Source: an uncultured Gammaproteobacteria bacterium
Lineage (GTDB): Bacteria > Patescibacteriota > Microgenomatia > UBA10105 > UBA927
Length of the DNA stretch: 64,000 bases
Reading direction: 5' to 3'
NCBI GenBank assembly: GCA_964621305.1
Contig: CAZUOM010000002.1
Coordinates: forward strand, 73,733 to 137,732
Below the pieces are notes generated by a model. That model was not told where the DNA came from, searched no databases, and saw only the letters and a list, made by a program, of their open reading frames with translations. Below, in pieces: positions 17,182 through 25,061 of the stretch (its first letter is position 1; each line of letters starts with the position of its first letter). The translations under genes and the position numbers were made by a program.

Positions 17182-18171
17182 ATGAATACACTGCTTGACG
17201 CCATTGATCAAAAGAAGCGGATCCTCGACGCGCGGCGCCCTTTCCCGGTTGATCTCGTGAAAAACTTAGACCAGTGGTTTACCGTCGAGTTGACCTATAA
17301 CTCTAATGCCATCGAAGGCAATACGCTTTCTCGGGCAGAAACCGCCTTGGTTGTAGAAAAGGGGATCGTCGTAGAAGGCAAGACGCTCGTTGAGCATCTG
17401 GAGGCCGTCAACCATGCTGCTGCGTTTTCCTGGGTGAGGGAGCGGGCGGTGAAACGCACAAGGGTGTCTCTGCAGGATGTTTTGGAACTGCATCGGTTGA
17501 TACTCTCAAAAATCGACGATAGCAATGCCGGCCGTTACCGCACTGTATCGGTGCGTATTGCCGGCTCTCGGGTAGTGCTTCCCAATCCTGCCAAAATTTC
17601 CACGCTCATGGGTGATTTTTCCCTGTGGCTGGGCAAGGCAGCCGGCCACCCGGCCACCGTTGCAAGCCAAGCTCACCTCAAGCTCGTTACCATCCATCCG
17701 TTTGTCGACGGCAACGGGAGAACGGCGCGTCTCCTCATGAATCTTCTTCTTCTGGCGTCCGGCTATCCGCCGGCCATTATTAGAACCCAAGACCGGAGGC
17801 GCTACATTACCAGCATTGAAGCGGCCCAACTGGGGGGTGAGGTCGCCGAGTATTATTCCCTCATGTATGAGTCGGTTGATCGGTCGCTCTCCACCTATCT
17901 GGAAGCTTTAGATGAAAAAAGCGACAGGATAAAACTTGAAAGCAAGCCGTTTTTGACCATCGGGCAAGTAGCTAAGCTCACTGGCGAAACCGTTCCCACA
18001 ATCCGATTTTGGACCACGCAAGGGCTTCTCAGCGCTACCGGCCGCTCTGCCGGCGGTTATCAGCTCTACGGGCGCGATGTCGTTGGTCTGGCACAAAAAA
18101 TTCGCACGCTGCAGAGATCAAAACGTTTATTGCTGTCTGAAATTAAGAGCGAGCTTGCCAGAAGTATGTAA
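17182..18171 (+). CDS. Fic-family protein with C-terminal MerR-like HTH
   Basis: HPFVDGNGRTARLLMNLLL is the Fic motif. C-terminal LTIGQVAKLTGETVPTIRFWTTQGLL is a MerR-type HTH. Confidence 0.8.
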   Translation: MNTLLDAIDQKKRILDARRPFPVDLVKNLDQWFTVELTYNSNAIEGNTLSRAETALVVEKGIVVEGKTLVEHLEAVNHAAAFSWVRERAVKRTRVSLQDVLELHRLILSKIDDSNAGRYRTVSVRIAGSRVVLPNPAKISTLMGDFSLWLGKAAGHPATVASQAHLKLVTIHPFVDGNGRTARLLMNLLLLASGYPPAIIRTQDRRRYITSIEAAQLGGEVAEYYSLMYESVDRSLSTYLEALDEKSDRIKLESKPFLTIGQVAKLTGETVPTIRFWTTQGLLSATGRSAGGYQLYGRDVVGLAQKIRTLQRSKRLLLSEIKSELARSM

Positions 18172-18389
18172 AGTTTGAAAATCAACCGCGCAACTAGGAC
18201 GAATTTATTTTTTTCTTCGGAGACTTGCCTTCTCCTGCTACCTCCCAGAATTTCCAAAACAGTTGGCGCTGGGTATTGGCATAGACTGCGTTGACGATCT
18301 CAATGCCCACCGGCTCGTTTTCGATCCAGTTGGCAATGGCGTACGTAAAGAAACGATGTGTTGTATTATAGAAGCAGATCTAATCGACT

Positions 18390-18539
18390 ATGAACATTTT
18401 TGCTGGTGACCCAGTGTCCGGCGACATTGACGCGCTGATGGATGAGACCAGAAGCCATGCGCGAGCGCAAGGCATTTCTTATTTGAAGATACAACTTTCG
18501 GCGCACAATACCGATGCCTTGAACTTTTACAGAAAGTAA
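18390..18539 (+). pseudogene. C-terminal fragment of a GNAT acetyltransferase
   Basis: 49-aa ORF ...AHNTDALNFYRK*. Only the last motif of the GNAT fold is present. Confidence 0.4.
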
Positions 18540-18598
18540 GGCTTTAAACCCTCACAACTGATTGCGTTTCAGAAAGTCGGATAGGGTCATGAGTGTGA

Positions 18599-18886
18599 TT
18601 ATTTTAACGAAAAGCGAATATCCAGCGTGGCATTGAGGGCTTTTGCGAAGCGTTTTAAGAGGGAAACTGTAGGTGTCGATGCCATCGACTCAATTCTGGA
18701 CACCACAGGCTGCTTTGTGTCCATTTTTTTGGCTAGCTGCGCCTGGGTCATCTTGCGGGCCAGTCGAGCTCCAATCAGAGCGCGTGTGAGCTGATAGTCA
18801 GGTTCAATCCGTTCGGCCTCACGCCGAAATGCCGGATCTTTCATCCGCTTTTTTTCGGATCGCCGCCAGTTTGTATATTTTTTCAT
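18599..18886 (-). CDS. HTH XRE-family antitoxin (HigA-like)
   Basis: Start taken at MKKYTNWRRSEKKRMKDPAFRREAE (AGGAG 8 nt upstream). LTRALIGARLARKMTQAQLAKKMDTKQPVVSRIE. The longer N-terminal extension in the ORF track is rejected. Confidence 0.75.
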   Translation of the reverse strand: MKKYTNWRRSEKKRMKDPAFRREAERIEPDYQLTRALIGARLARKMTQAQLAKKMDTKQPVVSRIESMASTPTVSLLKRFAKALNATLDIRFSLK

Positions 18887-18972
18887 ATGCGTTTCTCCTT
18901 TAGCATATTTGCTCGATGCACTGCCGTGTCTATGTCTTGTTTTGGCGTTTTTTGGAACTGTTTTCCTTTCAT
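18883..18972 (-). pseudogene. 5'-truncated HigB/Gp49-like toxin remnant (last ~28 aa only)
   Basis: MKGKQFQKTPKQDIDTAVHRANMLKEKRI* aligns to the C-terminus (KKTQKTPTKEIATALARLRDYEQKER) of the intact paralog. Its stop overlaps the antitoxin start (ATGA). Confidence 0.55.
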
Positions 18973-19077
18973 AATTTATAACAAAAAAGTTATAAAATGT
19001 CAAGAGTTTCTTCTCCTTTAGCATCACGAGCGTATTACTTGTTGCAGCCAGTAAGGTCAATGTGCTATGCTCCAAAA

Positions 19078-19722
19078 ATGGCAAAGAAAAAGACCGCGGA
19101 AGAGACTTTGTCTCCGGCACAAACTCCCCCGGGATCGCCTTTGAAAGAACTGTTTCATAGTCCCAGGCGCTTGTACCTTATCGTTGCGCTCTTGGCCGTT
19201 TCTGCTTTCGTTATTGCCAATAAAAGCTGGCTAGTTGCCGGCGTCGTCAATGGCAAGCCCATCTGGAGCTGGGAACTTAACAAGGTTATGTCTGATCGCT
19301 TCGGCAAGCAGACGCTTGAGGGGATAATTTCCGAGCGGCTCATTGGCGATGAAGCTGCCAAACTGGGCGTCGAGGTAACCAAAGAAGACATTGATAAAAA
19401 ACAGGGAGAGATTCTCAAAACGCTCGGTGGCAACCTGGGCGTTGACGAGCTTTTGAAATATCAGGGAATTTCTCGCAGCGACTTTGACAACCAGATCCGA
19501 TTGCAACTGACGGTGCAAAAAATTTTAGGCAAGGACGTAGTGATTACCGAGGACGACGTCACACGATTTATTGCTACCAATAGCGCAACGCTCACGGCTA
19601 CAGAGCCGGCAGCGCTTCGCGCCGAAGCTCGCCAGGCGATTTTGGATGCCAAGGTAGGCGAGAAGCTCCAAGGCTGGTTCCTCGAGCTCAAAAACAAAGC
19701 CAAGATCCTACGATTCCTCTGA
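19078..19722 (+). CDS. SurA N-terminal-domain-like secreted chaperone (no PPIase domain)
   Basis: Start at MAKKKTAEE. Signal/TM helix LYLIVALLAVSAFVIA and SurA-N-like helical region. Confidence 0.5.
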   Translation: MAKKKTAEETLSPAQTPPGSPLKELFHSPRRLYLIVALLAVSAFVIANKSWLVAGVVNGKPIWSWELNKVMSDRFGKQTLEGIISERLIGDEAAKLGVEVTKEDIDKKQGEILKTLGGNLGVDELLKYQGISRSDFDNQIRLQLTVQKILGKDVVITEDDVTRFIATNSATLTATEPAALRAEARQAILDAKVGEKLQGWFLELKNKAKILRFL

Positions 19723-19911
19723 ATCACTTTTTCAAATGAGTCCTATTGCATGAACTACGTTAATAAGGTCGGCAACCGCTTTTCCTCGGGCGGAAATTGC
19801 GAGGGTTTGATATAACGGCTTAACGGCTGTAATCCGTCAGATGCGGGAGGAGCGGTTTGGTAGAATAGATTTTCTATTGACAAAGTGTACGTTTGGCAGT
19901 AATATTTAAGC

Positions 19912-20196
19912 ATGAACACGATGACGGTTTCAGCAACACACGCTAGAAACAATTTTTTTGAGCTGCTTGATCTGGTCGTAAGCGGCAGGACCATCGTGGT
20001 AAAAAAGGATACAAAGGAAGTAGCAGAAATCGTCCCGCGCAAACAAGTTTTAGACTGGCAGGGACTACTTAGGGCATCGAAAGCAAGCCAAGGCATACTC
20101 AGAAACTTCAAGCTGAGCGACAGTCCATTGAGAAAACCGCAAGCCTGGAAGCGTCTTGGGACGTGGGATAGGGGGATGCGGAAGCAAAACACATGA
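19912..20196 (+). CDS. Phd/YefM-family antitoxin
   Basis: MNTMTVSATHARNNFFELLDLVVSGRTIVVKKDTKEVAEIVP is a Phd N-terminus. Confidence 0.75.
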   Translation: MNTMTVSATHARNNFFELLDLVVSGRTIVVKKDTKEVAEIVPRKQVLDWQGLLRASKASQGILRNFKLSDSPLRKPQAWKRLGTWDRGMRKQNT

Positions 20197-20570
20197 AGGT
20201 CGTTGTTGACACGAGTATTCTTGTAGATCATCTGCGAGGAGGGGATCAATGGGTGGATTTCATTCAAAAAGCAGAACGCACGGCCTCTTTGTGTCTTCCA
20301 ACAATTGTCATCTATGAGCTTTGTGCAGGGAAAAGCGCGGAGACATTAATGGTACAGGAAAAAATTTATGAGCTTACCAGGAGGCTCCAAAAAGTTGATC
20401 TGACAGAAGAGATAGCCAGGGAAGCCGGAAGGCTCTATCGCAGCGTCACATCGAATCTGGAAGCGCCGGATTATATTATTGCAGCAAGTGCTCTTACCCT
20501 TGGGGCTTCCGTCCTGACGCTCAACCGCAAACACTTCCGCCAGGTCCCCGGCTTAGTAATCGCCTCATGA
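20193..20570 (+). CDS. vapC: PIN-domain toxin (VapC)
   Basis: MKVVVDTSILVDHL... with acidic PIN residues. ATGA overlap with the phd gene. Confidence 0.8.
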   Translation: MKVVVDTSILVDHLRGGDQWVDFIQKAERTASLCLPTIVIYELCAGKSAETLMVQEKIYELTRRLQKVDLTEEIAREAGRLYRSVTSNLEAPDYIIAASALTLGASVLTLNRKHFRQVPGLVIAS

Positions 20571-21652
20571 AAACGTGGCAAAAACTTAAACAAGACCCAA
20601 AACTCTGGGAGCGGTATTTTGTGAGGGAGAAGGTAATAAAGGCTATCCGCAGGTTTTTTTTTGACCGGGGGTTTCACGAAGTGGAAACGCCCTACCTGAC
20701 AGGGAGCCTGCCTCCCGAATCATACCTTGATGTTTTTGAGACCATTCTCCTTGACCGGCATCGCCGGCCGAAACAAGCGTTTTTACCCACATCTCCGGAG
20801 CCGTTTCTCAAAAAACTCCTCGTTGCCGGCATTGGGAATTGCTTTGCTCTTCCCAAAAGCTTTCGCAACACCGAAGACATGAGCCGGACGCACAATCCGG
20901 AGTTTACGATCCTCGAGTGGTATCGGGTTAACAGTGATTACACCGATATCATGGCCGACTGCGAGGAGCTTCTTGTTTTTATAAATGCCTATTTACAAAG
21001 GAGTAGCTCAGGTCACGGCTCCGTGAAATTAACCGACCTTTTCTACCAAAAAAAACGAGTTGATCTCTCCGGCCCGTGGGAGCGGCTCTCTATGGTTGAG
21101 GCATTCCACCGGTACGCAAAGATAGATCTTACCCGCGCTTTAACCCGCCACACTCTGGCCCCGATTGCCAAGAAGAAAGGATATACTGTGGACGAAGCCT
21201 ATGGATGGGAGGAGCTATTTGACCAGATATTTCTCAATGAGGTTGTGCCGCACCTGGGGCGGGGGAGGCCGACCATCGTCTATGATTATCCGCTCGCACT
21301 TGCCGCGCTTTCGCAGAAGAAAAAATCCGATCCACGGTTTGCAGAACGGTTCGAGTTTTACATTGAAGGGCTTGAGCTTGGAGACGCATACACAGAGCTC
21401 ACTGACTGGAAAGAGCAGCTAGAGCGGTTTCGACTGGAAGAGAGGGAGCGTAAACGTCTGGGAAAGGTGGAGCACCCCATAGACATGGACTTTATTGAAG
21501 CGCTCAAGGTAGGATTGCCTCCCTCCAGCGGGATTGCGGTAGGTGTGGATCGCCTCGTGATGCTATTTGCGGATACAAACGACATTGCTAACACGCTGTT
21601 TTTCCCAGGGAAAGAATTATTTCTTAACCGCCCTGGCAAGCTCTCCAAGTAA
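20567..21652 (+). CDS. epmA: EF-P lysine aminoacylase EpmA/PoxA-like (class II LysRS catalytic-domain paralog)
   Basis: Class II motifs FHEVETPYLT, FRNTEDMSRTHNPEFTILEWY and GIAVGVDRLVMLF. No anticodon-binding domain is present. Confidence 0.7.
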   Translation: MKTWQKLKQDPKLWERYFVREKVIKAIRRFFFDRGFHEVETPYLTGSLPPESYLDVFETILLDRHRRPKQAFLPTSPEPFLKKLLVAGIGNCFALPKSFRNTEDMSRTHNPEFTILEWYRVNSDYTDIMADCEELLVFINAYLQRSSSGHGSVKLTDLFYQKKRVDLSGPWERLSMVEAFHRYAKIDLTRALTRHTLAPIAKKKGYTVDEAYGWEELFDQIFLNEVVPHLGRGRPTIVYDYPLALAALSQKKKSDPRFAERFEFYIEGLELGDAYTELTDWKEQLERFRLEERERKRLGKVEHPIDMDFIEALKVGLPPSSGIAVGVDRLVMLFADTNDIANTLFFPGKELFLNRPGKLSK

Positions 21653-22072
21653 TTCTTTTGGATTAACAATACGCAAAGGCGCAACGTTTTTTCGGACCTC
21701 TGCTCGCAGAAGGTGTTTTTTGTCGAGCGTGACCAGATATGTACACTGTGCTCCTTGTGCGCCCACCAACAGGTGCGCATCCGTCGATTCGACGATGCCT
21801 GAGACCTTTTCTATTTCCGCCTGGGTTACCCGTTCCCGAACCATCAGACCGGAGTTTTTGATAAACCAGGAGATTTCTTCGGGAGTTTGTTGGATTTTTT
21901 CCGCGTGATCGGCCACTTCATCAATAACCGTTTGTGAAGTAATGGCGACAATGGCTTTATTTTTTGTCAGCATGAGGAGTTTGGCGGATCCCCCGGTTGG
22001 CGAAAGGATGGCCGCGATTATGACGGACGCATCAAAGAATACGGTCGTCTTTGAGGAATGTTTTGATTTCAT
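21617..22072 (-). CDS. PIN-domain protein (toxin)
   Basis: ...VFFDASVIIAAIL... is PIN-like. Overlaps the upstream AbrB-type gene. Confidence 0.65.
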   Translation of the reverse strand: MKSKHSSKTTVFFDASVIIAAILSPTGGSAKLLMLTKNKAIVAITSQTVIDEVADHAEKIQQTPEEISWFIKNSGLMVRERVTQAEIEKVSGIVESTDAHLLVGAQGAQCTYLVTLDKKHLLRAEVRKNVAPLRIVNPKELLGELARAVKK

Positions 22073-22274
22073 CGTCGGTGTAGATCCTGTAGGGGGCAGG
22101 TGGTGATTTGGGAAACGTAAGCACGACGTTTTTGCCCCGCTTACTTGCTTTTATCACGTCGCCCTCGGCAATTCCGAGATCTATCCGCCATTTTTTCGGG
22201 ATGGTAATCATGCCTTTTCCGAGAATTTTGAGCCACTCGTCTTGGGCTATGTTTGAAGTCAGTTGTAGTGCCAT
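22032..22274 (-). CDS. AbrB/MazE/SpoVT-type antitoxin
   Basis: 80 aa, ITIPKKWRIDLGIAEGDVI looped-hinge helix motif. Confidence 0.7.
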   Translation of the reverse strand: MALQLTSNIAQDEWLKILGKGMITIPKKWRIDLGIAEGDVIKASKRGKNVVLTFPKSPPAPYRIYTDDEIKTFLKDDRIL

Positions 22275-22388
22275 AGGTTTAACTTTCTACATTGTAAACT
22301 TTCTAACTTTGGCTGTCAAGAGCCTAGTTTGTTTGGCAATAGTCCCTATTGCAGTATAATAAACATGTCTCCAAGGGGGGGGATTTTT

Positions 22389-22952
22389 ATGTCAACGATC
22401 ACTACCGCACAATTTAAAAAAGGGATATTTATTGAGTTTAAAGGTGAGCCGCACCAGATTGTGGACATGCAGTTTGTCAATCCTGGCAAAGGGAGTGCAT
22501 TTGTGCGGACGAGCCTCAAGTCCCTCAAAACCGGCAAAGTCCAAGACTTTACCTATAAATCCGGTGAATCTGCGGCGGAAGTGCCCATCCAAACCCACGA
22601 AATGCAGTATCTCTATAAAGAGGGGAACCGCTATGTATTCATGGACAATTTTACCTATGATCAAGTATCAGTTGCCGAAGCAATTCTTGAGGATTATCTG
22701 GACTATTTAAAACCCAACGAGGCGTACCAGGTACTCCTGCATGGGGAAACACCCATGGGCATTCGGTTTCCGAAGAAAGTACGCTTGAAGGTAACCCACG
22801 CAGAGGAGGGGGCACGCGGCAACACAGTCTCCGGAGCTGGGAAGGTCGTGGAAGTCGAAACCGGAAAAAAAGTGACAGTGCCGCTGTTTATCAAAGAGGG
22901 CGATACTATTGCCATTGATACCGAAACCGGTGCCTACCTCGAGCGGGCGTAG
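22389..22952 (+). CDS. efp: elongation factor P
   Basis: MSTITTAQFKKGIFIEFKGEPHQIV..VNPGKGSAFVRT with the conserved modifiable Lys in the PGKG loop. Confidence 0.9.
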   Translation: MSTITTAQFKKGIFIEFKGEPHQIVDMQFVNPGKGSAFVRTSLKSLKTGKVQDFTYKSGESAAEVPIQTHEMQYLYKEGNRYVFMDNFTYDQVSVAEAILEDYLDYLKPNEAYQVLLHGETPMGIRFPKKVRLKVTHAEEGARGNTVSGAGKVVEVETGKKVTVPLFIKEGDTIAIDTETGAYLERA

Positions 22953-22955
22953 CTC

Positions 22956-22992
22956 TTGACAACATATACACCATCTGTTATGGTGTATATGT
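22956..22992. promoter_or_regulatory. TTGACA -35 box followed by a 13-bp inverted repeat (ACATATACACCAT ctgtt ATGGTGTATATGT); candidate autoregulatory operator of the RHH-PIN module
   Basis: Read directly. Lies immediately upstream of the RHH gene start at 22997. Confidence 0.55.
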
Positions 22993-22996
22993 ATAT

Positions 22997-23254
22997 ATGC
23001 AGCGATACCAAATATACCTTGATCCACACACCGTAACTATTTTGGATGATGCTTAATCTATAAGCAACGCTTCTCGTTCTCAACTCATCCGTATGGCAGC
23101 CGAAGCGGTGAGCGAAAATTTTGCAAAAATTCTAGCCGTGGTCAAGCCTGCAAATGATCGGTACACCCACCTTAATAATCTCGCTGGATTCATCAAGCCC
23201 AAAACTAAACAACCGACCAACTATGCCACGAAACGTGACCGTGACTATCTCTGA
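22997..23254 (+). pseudogene. RHH (CopG-family) antitoxin gene with in-frame TAA nonsense codon at 23054-23056
   Basis: MQRYQIYLDPHTVTILDDA*SISNASRSQLIRMAAEAV... is continuous and RHH-like across the stop. The downstream PIN gene is intact. Confidence 0.6.
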
Positions 23255-23259
23255 GGCGA

Positions 23260-23688
23260 ATGAAAGTTTTTATTGATACCAGCGCCTTCATTGCCCACTT
23301 TGTTGCAAGCGAACAACACCACCGCATCGTAGAAGAACGATTCCGGCAGAATTTCAGAGAGCGTGCTATATTCCTCACATCCGACTACGTTCTGTCTGAA
23401 CTCTTTACGCGCGTTGTCTACGATTTTGGACGAAATGCACCGGAGAAAACAATCAAGGAAATACGAGCAGCTCTATCCAAAGGTGAAATTCAAATACTTA
23501 CCATTGACGCCGCAACGTTTTCCCGATCCATGGATGTTATGATAAAGTTTTCCGATCACCCGATCTCACTCACAGACGCATCCATTGTCGTACTATACAA
23601 AAATCTGGCACTTGATGAAATGTTTACTCTTGATTCGGACTTCAAAAAACTCAAACTGACGGTTTCTTTTCCCCGTCTATCAACATAA
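23260..23688 (+). CDS. PIN-domain toxin (VapC-like)
   Basis: MKVFIDTSAFIAHF...LTSDYVLSEL... Confidence 0.75.
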   Translation: MKVFIDTSAFIAHFVASEQHHRIVEERFRQNFRERAIFLTSDYVLSELFTRVVYDFGRNAPEKTIKEIRAALSKGEIQILTIDAATFSRSMDVMIKFSDHPISLTDASIVVLYKNLALDEMFTLDSDFKKLKLTVSFPRLST

Positions 23689-23832
23689 GACAGTGCGTAA
23701 CCAGCTTGGTCGCCATCGACACCGAGACTGGACAGTGCTTGGAGCGGGCGTAAACATGGAAAAATATATCATTTTGAGGACTTAAATTCCCAATTACTTG
23801 ATATTTTTTAGGACATATGATATGCTGGGGGC

Positions 23833-24963
23833 ATGTTGTACCGGCACTATCAGGACATTGAGAAACTCCTGGAGGCCAACAAAGCGCTCATTCTGCTTGG
23901 TCCACGACGCGTAGGGAAGACGACTATTCTTACAGAGTTTCTCAAAAACACATCACTCAAGTATCGTTTAGACAATGGAGACAATCTTGCCACTCGGGAC
24001 ATTTTGGGATCTCAACGCTTTGATCGAATTTTTCGATATGCCGAAGGATATGAGCTCATTGCCATAGACGAGGCCCAGCGTATTTCCAATGTGGGAATGG
24101 GTATCAAAATCTTAGTTGATCAAATTCCTGGTATTCGGGTCATTGCGACCGGTTCAGCAAGTTTTGATTTGTCGCATCAGGTGGGCGAACCGTTAGTCGG
24201 GAGAAAACGGACACTTACCATATATCCTCTGGCTCAACAGGAATTATTACATGGTGCAAGCCCTCATGATTTGGAGCAGCAAAAAGAAGATTATCTAGTT
24301 TTTGGGAGCTACCCTGAGGTATTGACTGCAAAAACCGAAGGAGAGAAGCGTGATATTCTTACTGATATTGCCCAGTCTTATCTACTCAAAGACATACTGG
24401 AATTAGACCGGGTCCGCGGATCCGCAACACTTGTTCGGCTTGTTCAACTTTTAGCGCTGCAAGTTGGGAGCGAGGTTTCTCGCTTGGAACTTGCAAGCAA
24501 TCTTGAAATTGATGTCAAAACTGTGACGCGCTATTTAGATTTATTAGAGAAGGCGTTTGTAATTTTCGAGGTTAGAGCGTATCACCGGAATCTTCGGAAA
24601 GAGCTCATGAAGAAAAGTAAGTATTTTTTTTATGATACAGGGATCAGGAACGCAGTCATTTCAAACTTTAACCGCATGTTTGTTCGTGATGACGTAGGGA
24701 GGCTATGGGAAAATTTTTGCATTGTGGAGCGGCGGAAAAAGCAAGAGTATTCCCGCCTGTACGCCAACAATTACTTTTGGCGGACGTGGGATCAAAAAGA
24801 GATAGACTGGGTGGAGATGCGGGAAGGGAAACTGTTTGGCTATGAGATAACGTGGGGGACGCAGAAAAAAATGAGGTCGAAGAACGCATGGCTTGCCGCG
24901 TATCCGAATGAAGCGGAATTTGAACTTATTAACCAGGAGAACTATCTTTCGTTTATCACATAA
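23833..24963 (+). CDS. AAA-family ATPase with DUF4143-type C-terminal domain
   Basis: ALILLGPRRVGKTT Walker A, AIDEAQ Walker B, about 376 aa. Confidence 0.7.
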   Translation: MLYRHYQDIEKLLEANKALILLGPRRVGKTTILTEFLKNTSLKYRLDNGDNLATRDILGSQRFDRIFRYAEGYELIAIDEAQRISNVGMGIKILVDQIPGIRVIATGSASFDLSHQVGEPLVGRKRTLTIYPLAQQELLHGASPHDLEQQKEDYLVFGSYPEVLTAKTEGEKRDILTDIAQSYLLKDILELDRVRGSATLVRLVQLLALQVGSEVSRLELASNLEIDVKTVTRYLDLLEKAFVIFEVRAYHRNLRKELMKKSKYFFYDTGIRNAVISNFNRMFVRDDVGRLWENFCIVERRKKQEYSRLYANNYFWRTWDQKEIDWVEMREGKLFGYEITWGTQKKMRSKNAWLAAYPNEAEFELINQENYLSFIT

Positions 24964-25061
24964 TATCAGAAGATATTATCGCAATTCTTCTTCTACATTA
25001 CCCGTTAGGCTTATAAACTGATGCTTTTCACTTATCGCTTTTCAATTTATACTAAGTCTAT

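Noticed and set aside
16707-17204. 165-aa minus-strand ORF
   Set aside because: Antisense to the FNR-like oxidoreductase gene, which has clear FAD/NAD motifs.
18887-19120. N-terminal 78-aa extension of the 173-aa minus-strand ORF (HigA-like)
   Set aside because: The conserved antitoxin begins at an internal Met with an AGGAG RBS. The extension overlaps the higB remnant and the SurA-like gene start.
19755-20267. 170-aa minus-strand ORF
   Set aside because: Antisense to the well-supported phd-vapC pair (19912-20570). No motif was found, so it is likely spurious.
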